The notes under the pieces were generated by a model. The model ran no database searches. It had not been told where the DNA came from and saw only the letters and a program-made list of their open reading frames with translations. Of a stretch of 64,000 nucleotides of DNA, positions 18,299-28,024 are shown in pieces (the stretch's first letter is position 1; every line of letters starts with the position of its first letter). The stretch lies in the IMG/VR virus record IMGVR_UViG_3300024350_000006. One strand, written 5' to 3'. The DNA is from a virus. The position numbers and the translations under genes were made by a program.

Positions 18299-19713
18299 TG
18301 GCAAAAGATTATAATACAGAAACACAGAAGTTATTTTTAGAAATAATGATCACTGATCCTGAAATGTATGTCAGGATTCAGAATATCTACAATAATGAAA
18401 ACTTTGATCGAGCTCTTAAGGATGCGGCTAAATTTATCAGCCAGCATAGTAACGATTATAAAAGTTTACCTAGTAGAGAACAAGTACAGGCAGTGACCGG
18501 CGTTGAGCTAAGAGTCATTGACAATCTTGATGATGGTACTAGAGAATGGTTCCTAAAGGAGTTTGAAGGCTTTAGTCGTCGACGTGAACTGGAACGTGCT
18601 ATCTTGAAATCTGCAGATATGATAGAAAAGGGCGAGTATGATCCCGTGGAAAACATTATCAAAAATGCAGTGCAGATTGGACTTACCCGAGATATGGGCA
18701 CAGACTACTTTGCCAATCCCAGTGAACGTATTAATAGATACTTTAACAGTGGCGGACAGGTCAGCACAGGATGGCCACAACTAGATAAAGTACTCTATGG
18801 TGGATTTAGTCGAGGAGAGCTTAACATATTTGCCGGTGGGTCAGGATCAGGTAAATCACTGGTTATGATGAACATAGCTCTAAGCTGGCTACAGATGGGA
18901 CTGAGTGGTGTCTATATCAGTCTAGAACTTAGTGAAGAGCTTTGTGGCTTGAGAACAGATGCTATGTTAACTGGTACAAGTACCAAGGACATACGTCGAG
19001 ACGTAGAAAACACAGAACTTAAAATTAGGCTGGTGAGTAAAAAGTCTGGTAAGTATCGCATCAAGGCACTGCCCGCACAAAGCAACATCAACGATATAAG
19101 AAGTTTCCTCAAGGAATATCAGATACAGACTGGCAACGCAGTGGACTTTGTGATGATCGACTATTTAGATTTGTTGATGCCAGTAAGTGCTAAGGTCAGT
19201 CCCAATGACTTGTTTATTAAAGACAAGTATGTATCTGAAGAATTGCGCAACCTAGCCAAGGAACTTAATGTACTAATGGTCACAGCAAGTCAGCTAAACC
19301 GTAGTGCTGTGGAAGAAGTAGAATTTGACCACAGTCATATTTCGGGTGGTATCAGTAAAATTAACACAGCAGATAATGTATTTGGTATTTTTACTAGTCG
19401 TCAGATGCGCGAGCGAGGCCGTTACCAGATACAGTGTATGAAGAGTCGTAGTAGTACAGGGGTGGGTATGAAGATAGATCTTGATTATAATATTGAAACA
19501 ATGCGTATCACTGATCCCGGGGAAGACGCTGGACCAGGTACATTGAAACCACAGGTTGGCAGTATTATGGATCAGATCAAGGCCAAGACCAACGTGGAAT
19601 CTCGAGATAGTTCCAGTGCAGACGACGATAGTGGTAGCAAGGATCTTGGAGAAGCACAGAGTACCAAGCTTAAACAAATGCTGGCCAGTCTTAAAACTTC
19701 CAAAACCCTATAA
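18298..19713 (+). CDS. Replicative SF4 helicase (DnaB/T4 gp41-like)
   Basis: GGSGSGKS, ISLELSE, IDYLDL, TASQLNR, KSR. Confidence 0.92.
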   Translation: MAKDYNTETQKLFLEIMITDPEMYVRIQNIYNNENFDRALKDAAKFISQHSNDYKSLPSREQVQAVTGVELRVIDNLDDGTREWFLKEFEGFSRRRELERAILKSADMIEKGEYDPVENIIKNAVQIGLTRDMGTDYFANPSERINRYFNSGGQVSTGWPQLDKVLYGGFSRGELNIFAGGSGSGKSLVMMNIALSWLQMGLSGVYISLELSEELCGLRTDAMLTGTSTKDIRRDVENTELKIRLVSKKSGKYRIKALPAQSNINDIRSFLKEYQIQTGNAVDFVMIDYLDLLMPVSAKVSPNDLFIKDKYVSEELRNLAKELNVLMVTASQLNRSAVEEVEFDHSHISGGISKINTADNVFGIFTSRQMRERGRYQIQCMKSRSSTGVGMKIDLDYNIETMRITDPGEDAGPGTLKPQVGSIMDQIKAKTNVESRDSSSADDDSGSKDLGEAQSTKLKQMLASLKTSKTL

Positions 19714-19743
19714 AACATAAATATTACTAATCCGGAGCTGATC

Positions 19744-20034
19744 TTGCAAAAACGCACACGTAGTATACTAGAGGAACTAGATAGCATTCGTCGAGAGCGA
19801 GATAGGGAAAGTCTAGTAGAAAGCCGCGCCAATCACGTAATACAGGGCGCAATTAATCTTATAGGTTTTATAAGAGAGAACTACGATGCTGAACAAGCGG
19901 ATGAGTTAGAGCGTAGACTTTTAAACAGTATTAGATCCCAGGATCTAAGTAAGTTCAGCCGTGGTGTTAAACGAATACAAAATGAAAATAAAAGAAATAA
20001 TCCTAGAGAAGACCACAGCAACACCACTGGGTAG
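19744..20034 (+). CDS. Hypothetical late protein
   Basis: ATAAATA at 19717, GGAG SD, TTG start. Confidence 0.7.
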   Translation: MQKRTRSILEELDSIRRERDRESLVESRANHVIQGAINLIGFIRENYDAEQADELERRLLNSIRSQDLSKFSRGVKRIQNENKRNNPREDHSNTTG

Positions 20035-20701
20035 TTTAAAAAATCAACCCGGATTCGCTCAGGGTTTTATATCTGGTCTAGTGCCTGGCGCAGATCAGGC
20101 CTTTCAGACCTCCCGTAGGAACAGAATAGCTACAGCGTCGCCCTACACTGACGCTCCCACCACCACCTCTGCTAATGCTAGTAGTAGTACAAGCAACATA
20201 AGTCCTGAATATCAAAAAGCACAACAGCAGGCGCAGCAGTTGGCACAACGTGCAGCAGCCTATAAGCCAGCTAAACTAGGTCAGGTAAATCCTCGCCAGG
20301 ATCAAGATAATACCTATGATGTTAGTTTTGCTGATGGTACAAGAGGTATTGTACGAGTGGGTTACAAAGACGAGCAGGGACGAGATGTTCCAAGTAGAAT
20401 AAGCACAATAGATCCTAACACTAAAAAACCCTATAGTTATAGTTACGATAATACAACTAGAGAGTGGCGCTATGTGGGTGGTGGACCACTTACTGATCCT
20501 GAAGAAATTAATAATTTAAACTCTATAATTCAAACTGTTGGTCAGCAGGCACAACAGATAAACACTCAGGCAGCAGCACAACAAAAACGTGCTGCTAACC
20601 TTCAAAGAGCTAGACAAAATAGAAAACAAAAAATAGCTGGTAAACAAGGCACATCTACCACAGCAGCACCAGCAACTGCTCCAGAACAAGGAACACCATA
20701 A
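19982..20701 (+). CDS. Putative head-internal protein (MKIKEIILE N-terminus)
   Basis: ATG 19982; Q/A/T low-complexity segments. Confidence 0.65.
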   Translation: MKIKEIILEKTTATPLGSLKNQPGFAQGFISGLVPGADQAFQTSRRNRIATASPYTDAPTTTSANASSSTSNISPEYQKAQQQAQQLAQRAAAYKPAKLGQVNPRQDQDNTYDVSFADGTRGIVRVGYKDEQGRDVPSRISTIDPNTKKPYSYSYDNTTREWRYVGGGPLTDPEEINNLNSIIQTVGQQAQQINTQAAAQQKRAANLQRARQNRKQKIAGKQGTSTTAAPATAPEQGTP

Positions 20702-20703
20702 CA

Positions 20704-22071
20704 ATGCGACTTTTTGAAATTAAAAATACACAACCTACTTGGAGACGCCTCAACGAGTCTGACGAGAAAGCAACACACTTAGAACATCTTGAAGATGAAA
20801 TTTTTAACAAGGGTTATGTGGGTGCTCTAGAAGCTTTCAACTACATAGAAGGTCTAAAACAGATGTTGACCAAGGAAGGCACAGGAGAAAATACTCGTGT
20901 TACTGTTAAGTGGGACGGTAGTCCAGCCATACACTGTGGTATAGATCCAGAAGACAATACATTTTTTATAGGTACAAAAAGTGTTTTTAGTAAGGCTGCT
21001 AAACTTTGTAAAAGCAACAAAGATATAGATAACTGGTATGGGGATGTTCCTGAACTTGCAGCTACACTCAAAGCTTGTTTGCAGTATCTTCCCAAGCTAG
21101 GTATCAAGGATGTTATTAAAGGCGATCTATTGTTTGTGCGTGGTACTAATAGAGATCTAGTAGAACAAGAAATTAATGGAAGACGTTATCTAACCTTTAC
21201 ACCTAACACTATTACCTATGCAGTGGATATGGAAAATCAGGCCGCCCTGGCAAAACAGATGCAGGCAGCTAAACTGGGTATTGTGTTCCATACAGTCTAC
21301 CAGTGGACTCCACCTACTCCAGAAGATCAACAGGAAAGACAGGAGCAAGGGAAAGAACCCCTAAGTGATACTCCCAATCTACCTGATATGAAGGCGCATT
21401 TTAGATTTAATCCAAGCAGCCTAGAACACATACGTGATGTCTGGTGGGACGATGCCTATTACGAAGATATGACAGGTATTGCCACACTAACACCGCAGGA
21501 AGCTCGCCGTGTGGAATCACAGCTTAATCGTGTTGCTGTAATTTTTAGCAAGGTTGACCCTGCAGTATTTGATAGATTCCTTGGTGCAGGAAATAATAAA
21601 ACCAGCGATTTTGTTACCTATATTAAACCTTTTATCAACACCAAGGTACAGCAGGGCGAAACACAGGTGGGAAGTGCTATAGAGTTCTTAAAGGAATTCC
21701 AGGACTATGTAGAACAAAAAATGCAAGCAGAAATAGCCAAACTTAAAGGCGGGCCTGAAAGTCAAGCAGCACAGGATAGACTGGAACGTGTGGAAGCTAT
21801 CAAAAAGTTTATAGCAGATAATAGTAACACATTATTAAGCATACTAGCACTGTATAAAAAAGCAGTGGAGTTGAAGTTGTTTTTTGTAAAGAAACTACAG
21901 ATGATAGAAAGCACTGTGGGGACATTTATCAAAACGGAAAGCGGCTATAAAGTAACCAAGCCCGAGGGATTTGTGGCTGTAGGCGGCGATGGCCAGGTAG
22001 TTAAACTTATTGATCGTCTGGAATTTAGCAGAGAGAATTTCCAGAAAAGTCGCAATAGAAATCCTGCCTAA
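20704..22071 (+). CDS. Ligase-like covalent nucleotidyltransferase-fold protein
   Basis: HLEHLED, motif I KWDG, KGDL, motif IV EGFV, motif V VKL. Confidence 0.6.
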   Translation: MRLFEIKNTQPTWRRLNESDEKATHLEHLEDEIFNKGYVGALEAFNYIEGLKQMLTKEGTGENTRVTVKWDGSPAIHCGIDPEDNTFFIGTKSVFSKAAKLCKSNKDIDNWYGDVPELAATLKACLQYLPKLGIKDVIKGDLLFVRGTNRDLVEQEINGRRYLTFTPNTITYAVDMENQAALAKQMQAAKLGIVFHTVYQWTPPTPEDQQERQEQGKEPLSDTPNLPDMKAHFRFNPSSLEHIRDVWWDDAYYEDMTGIATLTPQEARRVESQLNRVAVIFSKVDPAVFDRFLGAGNNKTSDFVTYIKPFINTKVQQGETQVGSAIEFLKEFQDYVEQKMQAEIAKLKGGPESQAAQDRLERVEAIKKFIADNSNTLLSILALYKKAVELKLFFVKKLQMIESTVGTFIKTESGYKVTKPEGFVAVGGDGQVVKLIDRLEFSRENFQKSRNRNPA

Positions 22072-22095
22072 TTCCAAGATAATTAATACATTTGG

Positions 22096-22122
22096 TATAA
22101 ATAATGATATGCGCAGTGCGCA
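22096..22122 (+). promoter_or_regulatory. Late promoter TATAAATA with 5' hairpin TGCGC-AGT-GCGCA
   Basis: Exact T4 late consensus, GC hairpin near the predicted TSS, AAGGA SD. Confidence 0.7.
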
Positions 22123-22144
22123 GAATTTTTAAAGGAACAAGAAA

Positions 22145-22528
22145 ATGCCAGTATTTACAAGAACCAATGGTGGTGCTAGTCCAGTAACTAACACAGCTAA
22201 TGCAGCCATTAGCAATCAAGACTCACAAGCAGTTATTATCTCTACCGGTATCGGTAAGCCAGTTCAGGCTTTTGGTGTTAATGCTAATGCAAGTATTGCT
22301 ACAGCATTTGGCGCAGGCGAAGCAATTGAAGTTGCACTAAGAGCTATCTCTAGTCGCGCTACTATCCTAGCCTATCAGGTAGACAGCCCTCTACTAAGTG
22401 TATTAGTAGAAGAAAGTGATTGGACAACCAGCACTCTACAGTCCAACATTAATGCAGCACTAACAGGTGCAAGTATTAATATTTCTACTACTGTAACCAA
22501 CGTAGGTATGAAACTACAACTTTCCTAA
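22145..22528 (+). CDS. Abundant late structural protein (possible capsid decoration)
   Basis: Monocistronic unit with its own late promoter and terminator; A/S/T-rich. Confidence 0.55.
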   Translation: MPVFTRTNGGASPVTNTANAAISNQDSQAVIISTGIGKPVQAFGVNANASIATAFGAGEAIEVALRAISSRATILAYQVDSPLLSVLVEESDWTTSTLQSNINAALTGASINISTTVTNVGMKLQLS

Positions 22529-22553
22529 TATCTAGGTAAGTATAAAAGAAGTC

Positions 22554-22584
22554 AAATAAGGCAACCTAGGTTGCCTTATTTTTT
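22554..22584 (+). terminator. Intrinsic terminator
   Basis: AAATAAGGCAAC-CTAG-GTTGCCTTATTT plus T-run. Confidence 0.9.
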
Positions 22585-22633
22585 ACTAAAATTTTGCAGT
22601 TACTAAATACAGGGTCAGTAAAATATTAATAAA

Positions 22634-22894
22634 ATGAGCTCTACAGACATAGAAAAAGAAAACCTAGAAGCGCACGTTGAACTCTGCGCTGAACGTTATA
22701 AGCAACTGGAAAGCAGAATTGCGGGAATAGACAAACGTTTGGAAAACGTAGAAGAACATCTGGTGGCTATACGTGATACTATTTCACACAAATCCAGTAA
22801 TACTGATAAACAGTTCATAACGATTGGCACAAGTGTACTGGGCATCTTACTAACAGCAGTAATAGGACTTTTAGTACATCTAGCCACCAAATGA
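22634..22894 (+). CDS. Coiled-coil protein with C-terminal TM helix
   Basis: HVELCAERY, heptads, hydrophobic tail; CTAAATA at 22603. Confidence 0.7.
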   Translation: MSSTDIEKENLEAHVELCAERYKQLESRIAGIDKRLENVEEHLVAIRDTISHKSSNTDKQFITIGTSVLGILLTAVIGLLVHLATK

Positions 22895-23136
22895 AAATAA
22901 CTGAAATCCTTAAAGCCAATACAAAATTGCACGTAGCTCTCAACAACGAAGAAGCAGAGCTACTCAAGGAACTTAGAACCAAGGAATCAATTTTAAAGTC
23001 AGATCTGTCGGAGAGACAACAGTTGATAGCCAATCAACTTGTAAATAAAGATCTACTATTGAGAATCAATGACAACAACCAAATCATTTACAAACAACCA
23101 ACTAGGGCAGATCATAATAGATCTAGCACTAGATAA
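22891..23136 (+). CDS. Hypothetical protein (MKITEIL N-terminus)
   Basis: ATGA overlap. Confidence 0.65.
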   Translation: MKITEILKANTKLHVALNNEEAELLKELRTKESILKSDLSERQQLIANQLVNKDLLLRINDNNQIIYKQPTRADHNRSSTR

Positions 23137-23593
23137 AATAAAAAACTGGACCAAGCAAGAGTATAGACGTATAAGATCACGGTCCCGTGTACCACTTTGC
23201 ATAGAAATAAACAAAAATACCTGGACTATAGGCAATTTTGTAATAAGACATCAAGGCACTCATATCTACCGTGTGGATACAACAGGGGTTAAAGTGCATA
23301 TTTTTTACAGTAGGGCCGCTGCAATTTTCTACTGTGCTCTGACTACACTAAATCAGTTTAGACTAGCTGATAAGATACTTTATGCAGATCAGGAAACTGC
23401 TAGACGCTACGAAGATACAGAATTTTATAGAGAAAAGCTAAACAATAGAACAACAAATCTAGATGATTTTAAAAAGCTGCTTTATACTACTAGATATCAC
23501 GAATCCAAGCTTTCACTAGCTAATGCTAAACGAGAACTGGAAGAAAGTTTGGAAAGTGCTAAATACATTAAAATCTGGGAAGACCTATTATGA
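23069..23593 (+). CDS. Hypothetical protein
   Basis: ORF track. Confidence 0.65.
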   Translation: MTTTKSFTNNQLGQIIIDLALDKIKNWTKQEYRRIRSRSRVPLCIEINKNTWTIGNFVIRHQGTHIYRVDTTGVKVHIFYSRAAAIFYCALTTLNQFRLADKILYADQETARRYEDTEFYREKLNNRTTNLDDFKKLLYTTRYHESKLSLANAKRELEESLESAKYIKIWEDLL

Positions 23594-24261
23594 ACTTAAA
23601 AGAACTAACACCACAAAAAACCAAGAAATTAAACCGCGTGATGGAAAGCCGTTTCGGGTTTAAAATTGACTACGATAAACTAGACTACGCCAAGGCCCAG
23701 CGTCTCAAGCTAGCCCTGGACGAGGGCCTAGACCGCATACGTCGCAGTGCTGCTATACACAGCGCCGAACGTGATCCTCAGTATATGGAAATGCTTATGG
23801 TTCGTGAAGGACTTACAGAGTGGATCAAACAACAGGATGTGCTACTAGAAGGTGAACTAGAAAGTGCAGAAGCAGTATTAGCAGCCAAGGATATGGTTGA
23901 TAGTATTCAGGATATGATCACAGATGCTAGCAAGATGTTAAATGAGCAATTACCTCCCTTACTAGATACTATTAAGGATCAAATCGGTACAGCTCAGGCT
24001 GACGGCTTTAAGAACAAGGCACAGGAAGCATTAAACAATTTACTTACAGTTTTAAACTCTACAAGAGAGTCATTAGACAGTGGCGCTAGACAATTAGCTG
24101 GTGAGGAAGCTCCTATGAATGAACCACTGGGACCAAGTCCTGAGTCCAGCCCGGAGCCTGAAGTAAGTGACCTAGATCAAGAAGAAGAACCACAAGATGA
24201 TTTCGCAGCCAGCGCAGCAGCAGTGGGCGGTAACGAGCCTCTAGGTCGTGAGCGTAGATAA
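23590..24261 (+). CDS. Putative scaffold/head-internal helical protein
   Basis: MNLKEL start, LLEGE, acidic P/E-rich tail ending LGRERR. Confidence 0.6.
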   Translation: MNLKELTPQKTKKLNRVMESRFGFKIDYDKLDYAKAQRLKLALDEGLDRIRRSAAIHSAERDPQYMEMLMVREGLTEWIKQQDVLLEGELESAEAVLAAKDMVDSIQDMITDASKMLNEQLPPLLDTIKDQIGTAQADGFKNKAQEALNNLLTVLNSTRESLDSGARQLAGEEAPMNEPLGPSPESSPEPEVSDLDQEEEPQDDFAASAAAVGGNEPLGRERR

Positions 24262-24749
24262 TGCGTCTTAAAGAGTTTGTCAGCGAGCAGGCGCCCTTGG
24301 CGCCTCCTGCACCCCCTCTTGATATGCAACCAATGGGTTTGGAACAGCCGGGTCAGGCCTCTCCAACGAGTCCAATGAGCAAAGCAGAACTCAAACATAA
24401 ACAACTTCACAAACAAGAGCTCGCTAAAAAAGATATGCCTGCTGTGGCAGCTCTAGCACAGATTCAGCAAAGAATTATAAAAAATAAAATGGAACCCAGA
24501 ATGGACATTGATGCCGTTCTGGATCAACTGGGCAATGCCCTACGCACTGATAGTTTTACTGCTGATGCGTTAAGGGATCTAAATGACAGAAATCCCGCTG
24601 TAAAAAATGTAGTCAAAAATATTGAACCAGACACGGTTACATTCAAAACCAATGATACTGACAATCTATCTAGTGCTAATATGCCAGATAATTCTCAGCA
24701 AACTGTCAGTGCAATGGCCAACAAAGCAGTAAAACGTAGACAAAAATAA
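24261..24749 (+). CDS. Putative head-internal protein (MRLKEFVSE N-terminus)
   Basis: TAATG coupling; N-terminus resembles the T4 capsid-targeting sequence. Confidence 0.6.
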   Translation: MRLKEFVSEQAPLAPPAPPLDMQPMGLEQPGQASPTSPMSKAELKHKQLHKQELAKKDMPAVAALAQIQQRIIKNKMEPRMDIDAVLDQLGNALRTDSFTADALRDLNDRNPAVKNVVKNIEPDTVTFKTNDTDNLSSANMPDNSQQTVSAMANKAVKRRQK

Positions 24750-24848
24750 AAACACTCTTTTTACTTTACAATAGGCCCAAAATAGTATAGACTAGGCCAA
24801 AGTTTCAGCGACTCATTTTTACATTAAATATAGATATAGGAGACAAGA

Positions 24849-25235
24849 ATGGCATATTCGGATCAGGTAGTAGATCATTACGAAAATCCAAGAAATGTAG
24901 GTAAATTAGATAAAAATGACCCAGCAGTGGGAACTGGTCTAGTAGGCGCACCTGCCTGTGGAGATGTTTTACAATTGCAAATTAAGGTAGAAGATGACAT
25001 TATTACAGATGCCAAATTTAAGACTTATGGTTGCGGTTCAGCGATCGCATCTTCGTCGCTTGTCACTACGTGGCTTAAAGGAAAGAGTATTAACGAGGCG
25101 GCAGCGATTAAGAATACCGATATTGCGGAAGAACTCGCGTTACCTCCAGTCAAAATCCACTGTTCCATATTGGCGGAAGATGCAATTAAAGCGGCCCTAG
25201 CAGACTATAAAAGTAAACATTTAGCAGATCAATGA
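24849..25235 (+). CDS. iscU: Fe-S cluster scaffold IscU
   Basis: DHYENPRNVG, GAPACGD, GCGSAIASSS, LPPVKIHCS. Confidence 0.97.
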   Translation: MAYSDQVVDHYENPRNVGKLDKNDPAVGTGLVGAPACGDVLQLQIKVEDDIITDAKFKTYGCGSAIASSSLVTTWLKGKSINEAAAIKNTDIAEELALPPVKIHCSILAEDAIKAALADYKSKHLADQ

Positions 25236-26959
25236 TAAAAGTTTTATTTTATCATAAAGTAGCAGTATTTGCAGCTTCTTTTGATTTTGATTATTTCAGA
25301 GACGGTATACAGACTGTTTATCCATCTCTAGCCAGTGTATATCTTAAAACGCACTTGGAACTTAACAATCCAGATTTAGCTAATAAGGTAGAATGGTTAT
25401 TGCCTATACAGTTTGAAAAAAACAATCAAGAACTAATAGACATAATAAACAAAGAAAAACCTGATCTATTTTGCACAGGCCATTATATTTGGAATCACGA
25501 TAGTATTATGGAACAATTAGAGGCTATTAAGCCTCATATTCCTTCACAAACTAAAATAGTTGTGGGGGGACCGCATATAGATGTTGCACAAAATCCAGAT
25601 TTTTTTACAAAATATCCTTTTGTTGACTATGCTATCTATGCTTCCGGCGAAAATGCTTTTGCTGACTTAGTTAATAGTATTGTAAACGATAAAAAATTAA
25701 TAGCATTTAATGTTTCTAATCTTGCGTGGTTTGATAAGGAAAAAAATAAACAGATAGTCGCAGAATGGAAATATGTTCCACAGAATAAAACAAGTCCCTA
25801 TTTGTATAATCGAGATTATTTTTCTAGAATAATAAAAGATATTTTCCAACAGGGTTACGAAGTAAGTATGCCCTACGAACTCACACGAGGCTGCCCCTAC
25901 GCTTGTACTTTTTGTGACTGGAACTCAGGGTTTACTAACAAAACTACTAGACGCAAAGGCAGCTATCAGGATGAAATAGATTTATTCCAGGAACTAGGAA
26001 TCAAAAATATATTATTATCAGATGCCAACGTGGGACAATACGAGGAAGATATAGATCTAGTAAAATATATTCTTGAAAAAAATACCAAGGAAAATGCAGG
26101 TTTCAAAGTAGACGGCAATTTTGCTAAACTTAAAAAAGACAATGTGTTAAAGATGTTTCATATTATTGCTAGAATTAACACAAACAATTTTACTGAATCT
26201 ACTGGACTTGGTTTTATGTTAGCAGTTCAGGATATCAATAAAGAGGTGCTTAAAAACATCGATAGACCTGATGTAGGCTGGGACGATCATTTAAAGATGG
26301 CCTACGAACTGCGAGAGTCATATCCCCAAATACAAACCAAGGTACAAGTAATTCAAGGCCTACCGGGACAAACTAAAGAAAGCTGGAGAGCTACACTTGC
26401 AGAAATAGCTAGACATAATATTGTACTTCAGCCCTTTTTACATTCTTTGTTACCTAGCAGTCCAGCCTATATGAATCCTGAATATGCTGCTAAATGGAAA
26501 CCTACCTATAGCGATAGTATAAGATACAGTGCAGACCATAAGTACTTCCGTGGCACATTTATGTCCTCTTGTGTATCTTTTTCTGAATCAGATATGGTAG
26601 AAATGTCGGTTATTACACAATTTTATGTTACACTTACTACCTTCAAGTTTTTATATCAATATTTAAATTTTGATTTTGAAAAAATTGTTACAGCTTTTAC
26701 TAAAACCAAATATTATCACGGGTTAAGAGAAAACCTATATACTAATTGGAAAGAAAAAGACAGTTATTACTACACTGTAGATTTAGATTTAAATAATAAA
26801 ATATATTCGGCTTGTGAATATGGTTATGCTGCCAGTCACTGGGCGTTTGCAGATAGCATTACTAAACTAGTTTTGGAAAATGTTGACAAAACACAAAGAA
26901 CAAACTTTTTTAAAAACGGTAGAAAAAGTAGAATTATTAAAATTCCGGAGTATGCATAA
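25232..26959 (+). CDS. Cobalamin-binding radical SAM protein
   Basis: RGCPYACTFCDW (CxxxCxxC), N-terminal YIWN...VGGPH, DAN, GLPGQT. Confidence 0.88.
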   Translation: MIKVLFYHKVAVFAASFDFDYFRDGIQTVYPSLASVYLKTHLELNNPDLANKVEWLLPIQFEKNNQELIDIINKEKPDLFCTGHYIWNHDSIMEQLEAIKPHIPSQTKIVVGGPHIDVAQNPDFFTKYPFVDYAIYASGENAFADLVNSIVNDKKLIAFNVSNLAWFDKEKNKQIVAEWKYVPQNKTSPYLYNRDYFSRIIKDIFQQGYEVSMPYELTRGCPYACTFCDWNSGFTNKTTRRKGSYQDEIDLFQELGIKNILLSDANVGQYEEDIDLVKYILEKNTKENAGFKVDGNFAKLKKDNVLKMFHIIARINTNNFTESTGLGFMLAVQDINKEVLKNIDRPDVGWDDHLKMAYELRESYPQIQTKVQVIQGLPGQTKESWRATLAEIARHNIVLQPFLHSLLPSSPAYMNPEYAAKWKPTYSDSIRYSADHKYFRGTFMSSCVSFSESDMVEMSVITQFYVTLTTFKFLYQYLNFDFEKIVTAFTKTKYYHGLRENLYTNWKEKDSYYYTVDLDLNNKIYSACEYGYAASHWAFADSITKLVLENVDKTQRTNFFKNGRKSRIIKIPEYA

Positions 26960-27285
26960 TGGTTACACTTACAGATACAGCAGCAAAAAAAGTAAAACAG
27001 CAAATAGAAAAACGTGGTCGCGGTCAGGGAATTATGATTGGTGTAAGGACCACGGGCTGTTCCGGACTAGCCTATAAACTTGAATATGTTGATAATGTTC
27101 CTGATTCAAATGAATGGACAACCTACGATTCTAATGGTGTAAAAGTCTGGATTAGCGGCAAAGATTTGCCTTACATCAATGGACTTACAATGGATTACCG
27201 ACGCCAAGGCCTTAATGAAGGTTTTGAGTTTGTTAATCCCAACGAACGTGATCGCTGCGGTTGCGGAGAAAGTTTCAGAGTTTAA
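26959..27285 (+). CDS. iscA: A-type Fe-S carrier IscA
   Basis: TTGCSGLAY, NPN...CGCGESF. Confidence 0.96.
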   Translation: MVTLTDTAAKKVKQQIEKRGRGQGIMIGVRTTGCSGLAYKLEYVDNVPDSNEWTTYDSNGVKVWISGKDLPYINGLTMDYRRQGLNEGFEFVNPNERDRCGCGESFRV

Positions 27286-27996
27286 ATGATTACTCAACGA
27301 TACGACTATAAAACTCTTACTAGACGATTTGAGGACGGCAAGCGACACTATTGCTTGCCTGACGGCAAGGCTGTCCCCAGTGTCACTACTATTCTCGCTG
27401 CTACTACACCAGCAGAAAAAAAGCAAGTCCTGGCTGACTGGAAAGCGCGAGTAGGTGAGAAACAAGCACAGGCTATTACCACCGAAGCAGCCAGCCGTGG
27501 CACTCGTATGCACACCTATCTAGAACGTTATATACGTGATGACGATCTCGGAGAATTACCTACTAATCCCTTTGCCCAGCCCAGCTGGTTTATGGCTGCT
27601 GAAGTAATTCTTCAAGGACTAGGTAATGTTACTGAATACTGGGGTAGCGAAGTGCCAGTGTATTACAGTGGACTCTATGCCGGCACCACAGACTGTATTG
27701 GACTGTGGAAAGGTAAGCCTGCTATTATGGACTTTAAACAAACTAATAAACCCAAGAAGCGAGAATGGATAGATGATTATTTTATTCAGCTAGTCGCCTA
27801 CGCAGAGGCACACAATAATACTCACGGCACTGATATAAAGTCTGGGGTTATATTGATGTGTGCTCGCCCTGAGCAATTACCTGATGGCAGTTATGCTACT
27901 CCACAGTATCAGGAGTTTGAACTGACCCCGGCTGATTATGCTTACTGGCAAGATCAGTGGCTACGTAGAGTAGAACTTTACTACCTAACTGCCTAA
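27286..27996 (+). CDS. PD-(D/E)XK exonuclease
   Basis: PSVTTIL, RGTRMH, AGTTD, DFKQ, QLVAY. Confidence 0.85.
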   Translation: MITQRYDYKTLTRRFEDGKRHYCLPDGKAVPSVTTILAATTPAEKKQVLADWKARVGEKQAQAITTEAASRGTRMHTYLERYIRDDDLGELPTNPFAQPSWFMAAEVILQGLGNVTEYWGSEVPVYYSGLYAGTTDCIGLWKGKPAIMDFKQTNKPKKREWIDDYFIQLVAYAEAHNNTHGTDIKSGVILMCARPEQLPDGSYATPQYQEFELTPADYAYWQDQWLRRVELYYLTA

Positions 27997-28024
27997 CTGC
28001 TAAATACGAAATAGGAGCAGGTAT

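Noticed and set aside
27286-27996. Cas4/CRISPR system
   Set aside because: Lacks the four-Cys Fe-S pattern, and no repeat-spacer array is visible.
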